Part shown: positions 1-14,285 of the stretch, in pieces
How positions within the stretch are numbered: the first letter of the stretch is position 1
Layout of the letters: every line of letters starts with the position of its first letter
DNA from: Octopus vulgaris
Lineage: Eukaryota
Length of the DNA: 64,000 bases
Direction: 5' to 3'
Assembly: GCA_951406725.2 (NCBI GenBank)
Contig: OX597842.1
Span: 19,716,001-19,780,000 of the forward strand
Notes under the pieces: model-generated
Told to the model about the DNA's origin: nothing
The model's input: the letters and a program-made list of their open reading frames with translations, nothing else
The model's database searches: none
Program-made: the position numbers and the translations under genes

Positions 1-6
1 TTTCTT

Positions 7-195
7 GGTACTACTAGCGAACAGTGGTCCCAGTGCGCTAGCTAGACGCAGGTAGTCGATCCTACGACTTTTTAACCCTAACCTTTGTTTATAAAAATAA
101 TTCATTTACTTAGTTTAAAAAATTATTTAGGATCGATTACTTATGTCTAGCTAGCGCGAGTGCGCGCACCTGAACCACTGTTAGCTAGTAGTACC
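7..195. mobile_element. MITE family A (GGTACTACT...AGTAGTACC TIRs)
   Basis: Long imperfect terminal inverted repeats; relatives at 4941-5114, 8711-~9286, right end at ~19365-19442, 55839-56027 and 60519-60703. Confidence 0.8.
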
Positions 196-384
196 CAACC
201 GTGTACAATTACTAACATTTTCTCACACTAAACCATCCCTCCTACTAAAAAATATCCTTCTTCTAGAGGCACAAGCCCTGAAATTTGGCGGATGGGGGTC
301 TAGTCAATTGGGACTTACTTTATCGACCCCGAAACGATGAAAGTCGACCCTGACGGAATATGAACTCAGAACTCTGGGATGATG

Positions 385-780
385 TCGAGCTAGCAGAAAC
401 GTTAGCACACCGGACGAAATGCTTAGCGGTATTTCGTCTGCAGTTACGTTGTGAGTTCAAATTCCGCCGAGGTTGACTTTGCCTTTCATCCTTTCGGGGT
501 CGATAAATTAAGTACCAGTTCCGCACTGGGGTCGATATAATACCTATGTCTGTCCTTGTTTGTCCCCTCTATGTTTAGCCCCTTGTGGGTAATAAAGAAA
601 TAGGTATTTCGTCTGCAGTTACATTGTGAGTTCAAATTCCGCCGAGGTCGGCTTTGCCTTTCATCCTTTCGGGATCGGTAAATTAAGTACCAGTTATGCA
701 CTGGGGTCGATGCAATCGACTTAATACCTGTCTGTCCCCCTCTGTGCTTAGCCCCTTGTGGGCAGTAAAGAAATAGGTTA
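385..780 (+). mobile_element. tRNA-derived SINE with tandem partial duplication
   Basis: A/B-box-like head (GAGTTCAAATTCC) and tail TTAGCCCCTTGTGGGTAATAAAGAAAT; relatives at 5985-6130(-), 20435-20585, 47895-48020, 53748-54150 and 56218-56425. Confidence 0.75.
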
Positions 781-1573
781 GGGAGCTGAGCAGAGGAGGA
801 AGCACGCACAAGCAGGGTACGATTGCGCCCTTTTCAATCGGGGAATCCGTGAGTGCAGGACGTGTCAGTGCTTCGACCAGGTGAGGGATAGCAGCTGCTA
901 TGTTTAGCGTTTTGGGGACGGGCCACGTAGAAAGACTTCCACCCGTCCCTAGCCCATCTTCTCCCAAATTTGTTTATTTTTGTAACCCTTTTTTTGCCCA
1001 AAATCGTCATTGTGAAATTCCCACCGTCACCAACTTCTTCAATTTTGACTTTTCTCCCCGACACTAACCCTAACACCGTAACTCTTTTATTTGTTTCAGT
1101 CACTTGACCGTGGCCATACCGGAGCACCGCCGTTAGTCGAGCAAATCGACCCCAGGACTTATTCTTTGTAAGACACACACATATATACGACAGGCCTCTA
1201 CCAAATCTACTCACAAGGCTTTGGTCGGCCCGAGGCTATAGCAGAAGGCACCTGCCCAAGGTGCCACGCAGTGGGAATGAACCCCCCAAAAAATCTTAGT
1301 TTGCTTTCTGCTTGGGAATTTGCGGATTTTTCATACACACATGAAACGGGTAAGAACAAATATGCAAGGCTTTTTTTTCTTCGAGTTTAAAACGAGACAT
1401 TGCTGGCATAATTTCGTTACAACTAAACTCCACCAACCACGGAAATACCCGATCGAAGGAATGCCAAATTTTACAGACATTTGGAAACTCTTTCAGAATC
1501 AGAATCTCCGCACATTTTGAAAAAAAATTAGTGAAGAACGAAGGAAATAAGTGGGGGTTATATAATAGAAATG

Positions 1574-1971
1574 GGCGATCTTTCGTCTCTAGTAGACCTT
1601 TCCGTCGATTTCCGTAAAAAAAATCTTTTTTTTACATATGGGCTTGCGGGAACTTTTGAAGTAATATACATACATATACACATACACCGAGTAAAAAATT
1701 CCAGTTATCTCTTTCTTTCACACATTACTCTGTCTCTTCATACACACTAACAGAAGCACTTCACTTACACAACATACTGTCTCTCTCCCACACCCCATCA
1801 AACACACATGTACATCAATGCTTGCCATGCACGGTAACTTCAAAAGAACTTCCCTCGTCATAAAATCGCTTTCTCTTAGTCTCTTTCGCTCTCATTACTT
1901 CAAAAGTTCCCGCAAGCCCATATGTAAAAAAAATTTTTTACGGAAATGTCTACTAGAGACGAAAGATTGCC
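1574..1971. mobile_element. MITE family B (GGCGATCTTTCG...CGAAAGATTGCC)
   Basis: Long TIRs; copies at 57263-57653 (8-bp TSD tagaaa(c/t)g) and 48769-49939. Confidence 0.85.
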
Positions 1972-2340
1972 GAAATAAGCGGGGGTTATATAATAGAAAT
2001 GTCTACTTTTGCAAATTCGTATTCCCCGTCGGCAACAAGCAGGCTATCCGCGTGCCAGAAATAACAGCCAAATCGCCAAAACTGCGATAACAGTACAAAA
2101 AAATCATGTAATTAATCCACTCACCTTTGCACATTTTTCTATCAGAAACCTCCCGCAGTAAACGACAAAGTAAAGATACAGAAAAATAAGTGCGAAAATA
2201 ACAAAAAATAGCCAGCGCAAAACATATGCTTCTGGAACTGAAAATGTGCATTATAAGGGGAAAATCGGATCCTGGTCCCCACCCGCCAGGATCGTTTGCG
2301 CAAATCCTTCCTATTCATATTCGATTTCTACACAATTACT

Positions 2341-2854
2341 GGAACTTTTCGGTTTGAATGGCAGTTCTTTCTAGCGGTGTCATGAAATTATTACCCATAA
2401 CTATGACCCTAATATCGATCTATTGCATTTAAATGTTTTAGAGTTAGTGGGTAAAGGATATCATTTTCTCTTCAGAAATGTAAATAAAACCAATCTGTTT
2501 ATTAAACGAGGGACATATTCATACGGCACAGAATGTTTCTTTACCTCAATAGAGTATCTCTATCATGATCATGGCGATTTTATATACAATGAGACAATAC
2601 AAGACAAACGAAAGACAAAGATGCTATATGAGGTCGCATAGAGTAAATATCAAAAATATACTTAAATAATATGTACTTTATATATCGTTCTATAAACTTT
2701 GATTTAACTGAAACTAAGTCATAGAAACACACGAACAAAACATTACCTCAACAGACGTCAGTTTTACAAACACATTCTACCAGTATACGAAGTTTAAAAG
2801 TTCTTAGTTACCTAGAAACTATGTTAAAAACTGCCGTTCAAACCGAAAAGATCC
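2341..2854. mobile_element. MITE family C (GGATCTTTTCGGTTTGAACGGCAG TIR)
   Basis: TIRs with 8-bp TSD caattact/caattgct; other copies or fragments at 12788-12980, 18410-18761, 18930-19231, 21031-21215 and 58016-58522. Confidence 0.85.
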
Positions 2855-3013
2855 CAATTGCTAACACCCAGCTGGCTGGAATTTCTACTGTTTTCGCTAA
2901 GGAGCGAGGACCTTAACATTGACCAAGAAAAACTAAGGGAAGACAGAAACTGAACAAACATAAACGATTAGCATATCAACGATCGAAAGAGAATACTTAG
3001 GATATAACGTGGC

Positions 3014-3029
3014 GGCCCTAAAAAGGGCC
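3014..3029 (-). promoter_or_regulatory. Histone 3' stem-loop (H3 copy 1)
   Basis: Minus strand GGCCCT-TTTT-AGGGCC, about 30 nt after the stop. Confidence 0.95.
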
Positions 3030-3058
3030 ATTTAATATGCTGACAAAGCAACGGCGAC

Positions 3059-4060
<1,002 letters not shown>

Positions 4061-4090
4061 GCGAACATTCTTAAGCTTCTAGAACATACC

Positions 4091-4106
4091 GGCCCTTTTC
4101 AGGGCC
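4091..4106 (+). promoter_or_regulatory. Histone 3' stem-loop (H4 copy 1)
   Basis: GGCCCT-TTTC-AGGGCC followed by ACCCA. Confidence 0.97.
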
Positions 4107-4940
4107 ACCCACTTTTTAATTTAAGTCAACTCTTCTAAATCGCGATGTGCTTCTTGTGTTTAAATGTTATTTTGCAGCTATTGGTTTTCAAGGTGCCCCT
4201 TGGTGGGAAGACTTTGTTCACACCCTTTTGGGCAAAAAAATTATTTCACACCGATGTGCGATCCTTTACGAAATATTTACCTTGGTGGTGTGATTCGGTC
4301 CACACTTTTCGGGGGCGATCCTTCGGTATAACTACTGTAAGTGACTTTGTTACATTTCTGAAGATAAACCCTTTTCTCCCACCAACCCTAAACCCCTATA
4401 TATATATAAAGATACTTTGTTGATACCGAAGTTACGCCTTTTCGGGAAAACGTTAGGGGTAAGCTCGAGTCCGTGTGTATCATAAGTTGAAGACGGGAAG
4501 GGTGGCTTGCCTTTGCAAACACTGATAGGGCACAGAAAGTGTCTAAAGCCAGCTGGAGGTCCTCCTGGGGCTACAAACTACAGTAACATCCACCCTTGGG
4601 TTAGCTATATTTAAATGGCAAATACGTCAAAGTTAGGGAATCAGCTGCACGAAGTATTTGCCCTATACCATCTGCGTTTTATTATCGTTTAATCGGATAT
4701 TTCGGGACACTTGCATCGCCCTAGTGCAGAATATTCTGTGCAAACACTTGGATGCGATTGCTGATTCGATTTCTCTTTGGAAGGTCTAATAACATTTAGG
4801 AGCATTATGGTAGTAGTAGCTTTGGTTACACGGCCACCAATCTAATAGACAAGATGTTCTTTGCCTGCTAATCGATTGTTCAGTGGAAGAAATCTGCAGC
4901 CTCTTAATGCGGGTGAATTTAATTTTGGGGTACATATTGC

Positions 4941-5114
4941 GGTACTACTTAAGGTCCCGGTGCGCTCACTCGCGTTAGCTAGTCGTGATTTGTCGATCCT
5001 ACGACTACCTAGCAAAGTATATAATGCAAAAGTAAATAAAAAACAATAAGGATCGACTAATCACGACTGGCTAGGCGAGTGCGCGCACCAGGACCACACT
5101 TCTTCAGTAGTACC
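4941..5114. mobile_element. MITE family A copy in the H4-H2B spacer
   Basis: GGTACTACT...AGTAGTACC; the matching copy 60519-60703 has TSD cgtatttc/catatttc. Confidence 0.8.
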
Positions 5115-7393
5115 TATATTTCCCTCCGATATTCATGGGATCGGACGGCTGTCTCTGCTAATATAGTAAATCAGCTTTGTTATTGCATAATCGTTCCATT
5201 GTGCAGAGGACAATCGGAAAACTGGGGAACCGAGTAATCTGTCTGTACACTTTTTACCGCTATAAGATTTTTTGTTTTGGTGGCTGTGTTAAGCTTATTA
5301 AGGGTATACATCTTTACGTATAAAAGGTATTGGGTGTGTGCGAGCGCCTGCTTTCCATCGTGTAAAGCAAACGATATTCAAATGTACAGTAGTAGTCCCT
5401 CGTCGCTATATCAGTTATTTAAGCTAACGATTCCTCCGTTGTGGTTTGCATTTAGAAATAGTTTATTCAAATAATAAAGAAATATATAGTACTTTATCAG
5501 ATTTTCGGTGTTTGGAGGGATTATTGTACTGATGAGGAACAAGCCCAGCTGCTAACTGCAGGCGTTCGACAGGACAGCCTTTAATGAAATTTCACATAAA
5601 TAAATTCTCAGTCGGTTATTAGTTCAGTTTAAATAAAACATTTCATTCCATGTTCTGTTTAAGCTTTATAAATAAATATATTCTTGCATTATTCATTATT
5701 GTTTTTAAAAAGGAAATCACACCAAATCTACACAAATGACCACCACCGCGATCACATACACACGTGTGTGTGTGTGTGTGGCTATATTGTATGTGGTATA
5801 AGTAGTTATGCTTATATTATCCATTATAGTAATATTTGTCTGTTGAAATCCGTTTTAAGGCGGTCAATAGTTTAATTAAAGATGTGTATATACATGTATA
5901 TATATACATACATGTGTATATACATATATAAAATCATGCTTCGGGTTTTATTGTATTGTGAGAAACACCCCAGCTGCTGAATGCAGTGTGTAACTGGTAC
6001 TTGTTTTATCGACCCCGAAAGGATGAAAGGCAAAGTCGACCTCGGCGGAATTTGAACCCAGAACGTAACGGCAGACGAAATACGGCTTCGCATTTCGCCC
6101 AGTGTGCTAACGCTTCTGCCAGCTCACCGCCTTTACGTATAAGGGATAATGGGGTGTGTGCGAGTGCCTGCTTTCACTGACCATGATCGTGAAAAGCAGG
6201 CGATATTCAGGGTACAGTAGTCAGTCCCTCGTCGCTATTTAAAGATTACTATTCCCCCGTGATGTTTTGCATTCATATTAGTATAAAATCTTTATTATAA
6301 TCATGCGATCTTACATAGATCGGGACATAACAAGACAATTACAGAGAATGTTATGAGACTTAGAAATTTAGTTGTAATATGACAAACGAAAATTTGGCTT
6401 AATTTTTTGCCTTTAAACGAGAACTTGTGTTTTTTTTTAATAAAATTGGAAAACATGACATATTCAAGTAGTAAATATATATATATAGTACTGTTTCTAC
6501 TTCAGGTTTTATTGTATTGTTAAGAAACACCCCAGCTGCTGAATGCACACGTTTTCACCTCAAGACAAAACCTTTATTGAAATTTCACAATGAATACCTT
6601 TTTCTCACACTCGGTTATTATTCATACGGGCCAACCCAGCGACTTCTTTTGGAGACACGGAAGAGGTACGATGGCGCATTTAATACTATACACACGTCTT
6701 CGTACACCCGTTAGGCCTGTCTACTTGCTTATTGATGACTAAAATATGAAAATAAGGAAGGTATCAGACGGTTGTTAGTTACAAGCCCTCAACTTTTTCT
6801 GAGAGGGCAATTAAAAACAATTAAGAATTTGCCTGTTTTCTGTTTTGTTTTAATTTATAGAATAAAATTTAAAAATGAATGGACCCGCCTCCACCCCAAA
6901 ACCACCCACTTTTTAAACTTCTTCGACGCAAACCCCCTTTTTCGGTTACGGTGAATTCGAATCTGCATAATAAATTGGCAAAAAAACAATCAACATTTCT
7001 AAACTACCACCCGTTTCCTTCATTTTTTACATAAATCTTTCAGGAATTAACTTATCCTAAATATGCGGGAAAATTCGGACATTATGATTCGGACAAAAGT
7101 TTCAAAACATTCCTGTAATTACGGTTAAGGTTAGCGCTGGGGGACACAAGACAAAATTGAAGTTGGAGGAGGGATTTCTTAAATTTCAAAAAGAAAATCG
7201 TGAAAAACTTACAAACATGTTTATATATTCGAGTGAGTATACAAATACCTGTGCTTCGATGTACACAAATTGTTTCCACCCCCAATCCATTCTATGGCTG
7301 TTGTCTCCTGCGCAAAGCCTGGAGAAATTAACCCCAAAAACATGGATCGCAAATCGGCAGAAAATCTGAATCAACTTTCATGAGAATGTGGGT

Positions 7394-7409
7394 GGCCCTG
7401 AAAAGGACC
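7394..7409 (-). promoter_or_regulatory. Histone 3' stem-loop (H2B copy 1)
   Basis: Minus strand GGTCCT-TTTC-AGGGCC then ACCCA. Confidence 0.95.
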
Positions 7410-7441
7410 GTTATTCTTCGATGAAGAGAAACGAAGCAGGT

Positions 7442-7819
7442 TTATTTGCTGCTAGTGTATTTGGTGACGGCCTTGGTACCCTCAGAGACTGCGTGTTTGG
7501 CCAACTCACCAGGAAGGAGAAGACGGACAGCAGTCTGCACCTCACGGCTACTGATGGTCGAACGTTTGTTGTAGTGAGCCAAGCGGCTGGATTCAGAAGC
7601 TATTCTTTCGAACAGATCGTTGACAAAACTGTTCATGATGGACATAGCTTTGCTGGAGATGCCAGTGTCCGGGTGGACTTGCTTCATCACTTTGTAGATG
7701 TAGATGGAATAACTTTCCTTCCTCTTCTTCTTACGTTTCTTGTCCCCGGCAGGGCGAGAGGTCTTGGCCTTGGAGGCCTTCTTGGCTCCTTTCGAAGCAG
7801 TTGCTGGTGCTGGTGGCAT
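7442..7819 (-). CDS. H2B: Histone H2B (copy 1)
   Basis: Likely ATG at 7819 ([14 protein letters not shown]...[11 protein letters not shown]...KYTSSK, 125 aa); the ORF track start at 7843 is a non-ATG extension. Confidence 0.98.
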   Translation of the reverse strand: MPPAPATASKGAKKASKAKTSRPAGDKKRKKKRKESYSIYIYKVMKQVHPDTGISSKAMSIMNSFVNDLFERIASESSRLAHYNKRSTISSREVQTAVRLLLPGELAKHAVSEGTKAVTKYTSSK

Positions 7820-8088
7820 AATGTCACTTGCTCTACTAATCAACCCTCGTCCACGCTATTTATAATTGACAAGTAGGCTCAGCCGAGCACCTTGCTGACG
7901 TTTCGCGCCAATCAATTTCATTGGTGGAATTTGACAGCAGTCTAATCACGTGACATAAACCCGCTCCTTTTTCGCTCGGCAGTTTCTGACTGCTGGAGCC
8001 TCCTGACTGCTATTTAAAGCCAAAAGCCGCCCTCGTAATTAGTCGCCAACTCTCTTCTTTGTTGAGAACTACTGTCGAACTTTGAAAT
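7820..8088. promoter_or_regulatory. Divergent H2B/H2A promoter region
   Basis: TATAAATA on minus strand (~7857-7864), CCAAT (~7908), ATTGG (~7920), TATTTAAA (~8011). Confidence 0.75.
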
Positions 8089-8466
8089 ATGTCTGGACGT
8101 GGTAAAGGAGGAAAAGTAAAGGGAAAGAGCAAGACCCGTTCGTCCCGTGCTGGACTTCAGTTCCCTGTCGGTCGTATCCACCGTCTTCTCCGTAAGGGAA
8201 ATTATGCCCAACGTGTCGGTGCCGGAGCCCCAGTCTACTTGGCCGCTGTGATGGAATATTTGGCTGCTGAGGTGTTGGAATTGGCAGGAAATGCTGCCAG
8301 AGATAACAAGAAATCGAGAATCATTCCCCGTCACTTGCAGTTGGCCATCCGTAACGACGAAGAATTGAACAAACTTTTGTCCGGAGTGACCATCGCCCAG
8401 GGTGGTGTTCTTCCCAACATTCAGGCTGTTCTTCTGCCCAAGAAAACCCAGAAGGCTTCCAAGTAA
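8089..8466 (+). CDS. H2A: Histone H2A, canonical (copy 1)
   Basis: 125-aa [13 protein letters not shown]...[12 protein letters not shown]...[11 protein letters not shown]; no SQEY tail. Confidence 0.99.
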   Translation: MSGRGKGGKVKGKSKTRSSRAGLQFPVGRIHRLLRKGNYAQRVGAGAPVYLAAVMEYLAAEVLELAGNAARDNKKSRIIPRHLQLAIRNDEELNKLLSGVTIAQGGVLPNIQAVLLPKKTQKASK

Positions 8467-8504
8467 ATTAATTCGGTGGCATTTTTGGCTTTATCCGTAT
8501 CAAC

Positions 8505-8520
8505 GGCCCTTTTCAGGGCC
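8505..8520 (+). promoter_or_regulatory. Histone 3' stem-loop (H2A copy 1)
   Basis: GGCCCT-TTTC-AGGGCC. Confidence 0.95.
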
Positions 8521-9669
8521 TCTTACACTTTGCGTATTTGTCTTCTCTCGACTTAATATTTGCGATTTATAATCTGTCAAAAGTATGTTATTTGGTATTG
8601 GTGCCGAATGAATGTTTTATTATTTATTCTTTCACCCGCATAATTTTCACTAGACGAAGAATACTCTTTTTTTTTGTATGGGATCAGGAACCGTTGACCT
8701 CAAGGTGTGCGGTACTATTTAAGCAGAGTGGTCCCGGTGTGTTTGAGAATGTTTTTATGAGACACGGTTTTTTTTTTTACTTATATTCCATACTTTGTTT
8801 AAAAGCAGCGGAGAGGTTTAACAAAAGCTGCTGCTCGGGGTTCCACGTTCCCGTTTGTCGGACAGTTTTGTTTGAAATACGGAGGGACTGTCCGGCGAAC
8901 GGAAGCGTAAAGCCCCGGGTAGCAGCATTAGAATTTCTGCTGCTTTTAAATAAGGCATATTACTCTACTTATGGTATTTGAGTACGCTTTTTTTCCACCT
9001 TTTTTAACATGTGTTTACTCCGGTGTATGTATATATATAGGAATTGTCTTACACCTATTACACTTTTTTTGGGCTTTTGTGCCAGGGTTAGACCCGTAAG
9101 ATTCACGATGTGGATTTTCCGAGTCCTCTCCCCCACCCAACCCCTTTCGCGAGTGCGCCTTTTTTTTTTTTTTTTTTGCCATATTCGTTTAGAGGAAGTT
9201 TTTACACTTTTTATATTTTGTTTTTTTCTGACCGGTTTGACGAGCTAGTGCGTGTGCGCGCACAGGGACCACTCGTCATAAATAGTGGTGGGGCTGGAGA
9301 AAATGTGTCTGCATTTAAAAAAGGACGGATGCTAGGTGTGAGAGGCCTTGCATGAACACGCCGTGATCCCTTACCAAAAGGTTTCAGTTAAAATAACAGG
9401 GCTCATGGGGTCGGCTATCCTGTTCTTTTCACTTCATATGTCCCTTTTTATTTGTTCTTGTAACTCATTCAATTTCATTTTCATTGTAAATAATCCATTC
9501 GATTTCACTGTAAATAGTTCCATTTCATCCACATGACCCCAAATCATTGTATTGTCCCCATCTATGTAAACCCTTACGGGTAATAAAGAAATACACTCTT
9601 CATAAATAGTACCATGTTATGCTGCAAGCCCCTTATTTTTGTTCGGGGAGAAAAGGGATGGGTGGAAAA

Positions 9670-9950
9670 CTGTAGGGGCCATGCGCAGGGATGCTGTCGG
9701 TGAGGTGAGGGTTGGCAACGAGTATAGTGGAGAGTTCCTGGTAGAAGTAGGCTGTTCACCAAGGTTCAGTCCTCAGCCCACTCTTATTCATTAGTCCTCT
9801 GGGCAATAGCAGGAATTCATGACAAGCTGACCCTAGGGGCTCCTCTGTGTTGGTGACCTTCGCTTATAGCTGGGTCACTACCAAAGCTGAAGGAGAAATT
9901 TCAGGTGTGGTAGGCAAGGCTAGAATTGAAGGGCCTTTGGGAAAAGACCA
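9670..9950 (+). mobile_element. Degenerate RTE-like reverse transcriptase fragment
   Basis: Frameshifted translation includes EVG.HQGSVLSPLLF. Confidence 0.65.
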
Positions 9951-10049
9951 TAGTCTTTATGTATACATATATATATATATTATATGTACATGTGGAGGTA
10001 GGTACGTACATATATGTTTTATTTTATTTATTAATATATTGTATATATA

Positions 10050-10467
10050 CATAAGTTCAGCAAAAATTTAGATTCGAATGAATATGGTACTTATGCACCA
10101 GAATTTTGTATGGTGTTATCCATAAAAATTTGCGGGGTGATTATAATCAAAAATAAGCAACAAGAATGACTCTGGTAATTTGGTACAATTGTTTCGCACT
10201 ACAACATTTTATTAAAAGTTGGTTGGACTTCACAACCTCATATGTTCTTAAAATTTAAATCTACATCTTTGTCTGTATATCTACCTTCTCTATAATGTTG
10301 CCATTTGATTTGAAAATTTTTATATTAATGGAAAACCTATATAATTGGCTGATGAGTACTCAACATCTTAAATCTGTTGTAATACTTACAGCATTTAATA
10401 AAATGATGTAGTGCAAAACAATTGTACCACATTACCGGAGTCATTCTTGTTGCTTATTTTGATTATA
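10050..10467. mobile_element. Penelope-like-derived inverted repeat with a hammerhead motif
   Basis: 10140-10220 is inverted relative to 10390-10467; CTGATGA-GTACT...AGTGC-AAAAC-AATT-GTA (G12 mutated); same family as 33805-34292. Confidence 0.6.
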
Positions 10468-10474
10468 TATATAT

Positions 10475-10748
10475 GTGGAGGCGCAATGGCCTAGTGGACT
10501 CGCAGGATCGCGGTTTCGATTCCCAGACCGGGCGTTGTGAGTGTTTATTGAGCGAAAACACCTAAAAGCTCCACGAGGCTCTGGCAGGGGGGGGGGGGGT
10601 GATCCCTGCTGTACTCTTTCTCCCACTCTTCTGTCGGCCTGCTCGCTTAGCCAGCGGGGTGGCGTCCTTCGAAGGCTAAAACAATGCGAACACATTGTGA
10701 CCAGCGATATGTAACTACATCTGATGGTCTGGTCGGTCACGTGATCAC
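10475..10748 (+). mobile_element. tRNA-derived SINE (GTGGAGGCGCAATGG head)
   Basis: B-box GGTTTCGATTCC; relatives at 18075-18262(-), 26997-27335(-) and 35861-36246(-). Confidence 0.8.
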
Positions 10749-10868
10749 ATATACACATATATATCTATATATATATAGAGAGAGTTTACGAAAATAATCA
10801 AAAGACGAAGACAGGTGGTGTACAAAACAAACAGTTGTATTAGTATAATGCTTAGGAATAGAAAAAGT

Positions 10869-10904
10869 CTTTTACGTTTCGAGCCTACGCTCTTCTACAG
10901 AAAA
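10869..10904 (-). ncRNA. Minimal hammerhead-like motif with a variant core
   Basis: Minus strand CTGTAGA-A-GAGC-GTAG-GCTC-GAAAC-GTA; A6 replaced by U. Confidence 0.4.
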
Positions 10905-11537
10905 AACAAGGAGGGAAAAAGATGTGTGTAGTGGCTAATGATCTATCATGGGGACGGCCATATATATATACATACATACATACTTTTATTAAAGCTGCAA
11001 ATTTATCACAAAACTGTTAATCTGAGTGTCAGGTTTGCATTCAAGAGACAGGTGTGATGGAAACATTTCATTCCAACTGTCCAACAGACAAGAACATGAA
11101 ACTCTGAGAAACAGTTTTGTAATAATTGGACAAACATTAATAGAATTTTTTATTCATTCAGAAATTATCTTAAATGGAATATATATATGAATATTATGAA
11201 AGAACAGCTTTTATTAAAAATATCAGAATTGATAAGGATATATAAAAATATAGTGTTAGTAAGTTGTTATAACATGCTGTTATATCTTCTTTATCCTGTG
11301 GATATATTTATTGTTATATAAGATATTCCTTTCAACAAATGACTTTTGATATTGATACAGTCACTCTTCTCTATGATGATAAAGATATCTGTAGTTAATT
11401 GTCTTTTTTCAGAGAAGGATATACCACAGAATCAGTTAGATGGTTTCTCTTCCATATCAATGTGTGTCTGTGTTTATCTAAGAGATTTATTTGAGAGAAC
11501 CATTCACCACAGATATCACAATGACATGGTTTCTCTC

Positions 11538-12224
11538 CTAATGAATGAGTCTGTGAGTGGTCAAGTGATCTATTTCAGAGAATGATTCACCACAGGTGTC
11601 ACAATGATGTGACTTCACCCCTGAATGAATACCTTTGTGTCTACTTAAATGTCCCTTTTGAGTGAATGATTTACTGCAGATATCACAGTGGTAAGGTTTA
11701 TCACCTGTATGGATAAATCTGTGAGTGGATAAGTCACCACTTTGAGAGAATGATTTATCACAGATATCACATTGATATGGCTTTTCACCTGTATGAGTAC
11801 GTTTATGTACAATTACACCACTTTTGTGAGTGAATGATTTACCACAGATATCACACTGAAATGGTTTCTCTCCTGTATGGATAACCTTGTGAGCAGCTAA
11901 GTTACCATCTCGAGAGAATGATTTACCACAGATATCACACTGAAATGGTTTCTCTCCTGTATGAATACGTTTATGTACAGTTACAGCACTTCTTCGAGCA
12001 AATGTTTTACCGCAGATATCACACTGATATGGTTTCTCCCCTGTGTGAGTAAGTCTGTGTGTATCCAAGTTAAATTTCATGGAGAATGATTTACCACAGA
12101 TATCACAGTGATATGGTTTCTCTCCTGTATGAGTAAGTTTGTGAGTAGCTATGTAACTCTTTAGAGAGAATGATTTACCACAGATATCACAGTCGTATAC
12201 AGATTTTCCTCTTTCTTTTGGCAT
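11538..12224 (-). CDS. C2H2 zinc-finger protein, 8 fingers with TGEKP linkers
   Basis: ATG at 12224 (MPKERGKSVYDCDICGKSF...), 228 aa; splice-acceptor-like tttctctcttatttcag immediately upstream of 12636. Confidence 0.85.
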   Translation of the reverse strand: MPKERGKSVYDCDICGKSFSLKSYIATHKLTHTGEKPYHCDICGKSFSMKFNLDTHRLTHTGEKPYQCDICGKTFARRSAVTVHKRIHTGEKPFQCDICGKSFSRDGNLAAHKVIHTGEKPFQCDICGKSFTHKSGVIVHKRTHTGEKPYQCDICDKSFSQSGDLSTHRFIHTGDKPYHCDICSKSFTQKGHLSRHKGIHSGVKSHHCDTCGESFSEIDHLTTHRLIH

Positions 12225-14285
12225 CTCTGCAGCTAAAACTAACAAAACTCCAAGATTCTCACACAATTCCTCTTTCTGTAATTTTTTTCTTCAACAAAAT
12301 GGTCTGGAAATTTCATTTCTTCTTGTTTCTATATTTTATTCCTAACAAATGTTACAACTGCCATATTTTTATCAAATATAAGCTTTGCTGATATCTTAAG
12401 ATGTTGCAAATGTCTTTGTAAATTTATCCAAGTTTATTCAGAATCCAAATTTAGGTTTTACCCATTTCAGAGTGAATCCAAGAAATTTCACCAATAATGT
12501 CACTCAGAAGAAATATTTTACTGAAATTCACAGTTAATTTACATAAACAGGGTTCTTATATCCAGTTCTGTGTAACATCGTCTTCAAAATATGATAAATA
12601 TTGATGACGCTTCTGCAGTAAATTTCCTCTGATATTCTGAAATAAGAGAGAAACAACAGTTTAACACAGAGTGTAGCTTTGGTTATGACAAAGGCTTGGT
12701 GTTCATTTATATACGACATTTACTGCTACAATGATAAATCTCATTTAAGAAACAGATTGGGTTTATTTACATTTCTGAAGAGAAAAAGGGATCTTTTCGG
12801 TTTGACCGGCAGTTTTTTCTAGTGGTGTCATATGAAATTGTCACCCATAATTATGACCCTAGTATCAATCTATTGCATTTCAATCTGTTTTAGGGTTAGG
12901 AGTGGGGGAAGGGTAATTTTCTTTTTTTTTCCACAAATGTAAATAAACCCAATCTATTTCTTAAACGAGGGACATATTCATACTGCCTTTAGGCAGTACA
13001 AAAACAACAAAAAAGTGGAAGGTGCAGTTATGACAAAAGAAAAGCAGGACAAAAACGATGCATGCAAATGGGTTGGCTGGAGGTAAATCTAGATGGAAAA
13101 GCATGATAAATTTATGAGAACCCGCTGGGACATTAATATATATATAATTATAATAAAGGGTTATTTGCAACAAGTTGCTTAAACCACATACCGAAAATAT
13201 TAGAAATAGCAGCCAAATAGGCTACTATTACTATTACTACAAAAATAAGTCTCCACAAACAACAGTATTTGCAACCCAAACAACAGTATTTGCAACCCGT
13301 ATATGGTAAAAGGAATGAAGACAACGAAATCACACAGTCTACTTTATATATATATATATACACATGAGCAAAATACCCCCTCCTCCCGGCCGTCCAATGG
13401 AATGTGCTGAGTTGTCAAACATTTAAACCAAATTTTCTCAAGATAACTTGTCCGACCGCTCCATAGGCCTCCCCTTTGAGAAACACTGATTTAACCTAAA
13501 TTAGGGACACCAGCAAAAGAAGAAATAAAGATAGACTTTTTTTCTATTCCAAAGAAAAACGATTTTATTCACAAAAATATGCAACCGAAGAGTTTAAAGT
13601 ACCAGTAATTATAAGGCTGTTGACTGGGAGAACACAAACATGGTTTAAACAGTAAGCTTGGCAGGAAAGAAACGTGCCTTTAAGCAGGACAAAAACAACA
13701 AAAAATGGAAGGTGCAGTTATGTACAGGTTGACGGAAGAAAAGCAGGACAAAAACGGCTTTATTGATCGCATTCTCACCTGGAATATATTATTGTAATTT
13801 TTTCTCACCTGGAAACGATTTTTGTAATTTTTTCAAAGACTAATACACGCCCTGATACAGTCGGTATCTACAAATCAAATTTAAGTGCAATCGGATGGAG
13901 GATGCCTGAAATCCAAGAAGACACACAGACAGAACGGATTTTATATAAGAGATTATGAAAAACAGCTTTTATTAAAAATATCAGAATGGTAGATATTGAT
14001 GAGTATAAATAAAAATATAGTGTTTTGTTATATCTTCTTTATCATCTGGATATATTTATTGTTATATAAGATATTCCTTTCAACAAATGACTTTTGATAT
14101 TGATACAGTCACTCTTCTCTATGATGAGAAAGATATCTGTAGTTAATTGTCTTTTTTCAGAGAAGGATATACCACAGAATCAGTTAGATGGTTTCTCTTC
14201 TATATCAATGTGTGTCTGTGTTTATCTAAGAGATTTATTTGAGAGAACCATTCACCACAGATATCACAATGACATGGTTTCTCTC

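Noticed and set aside
4420-4920. H1, 5S rRNA or snRNA in the H4-H2B spacer
   Set aside because: No recognisable motif; indels between the two copies break every frame
7388-7876. 162-aa ORF conserved in both units (also 62387-62875) and other antisense histone ORFs
   Set aside because: Shadow of the H2B/H2A/H3/H4 coding sequence on the opposite strand
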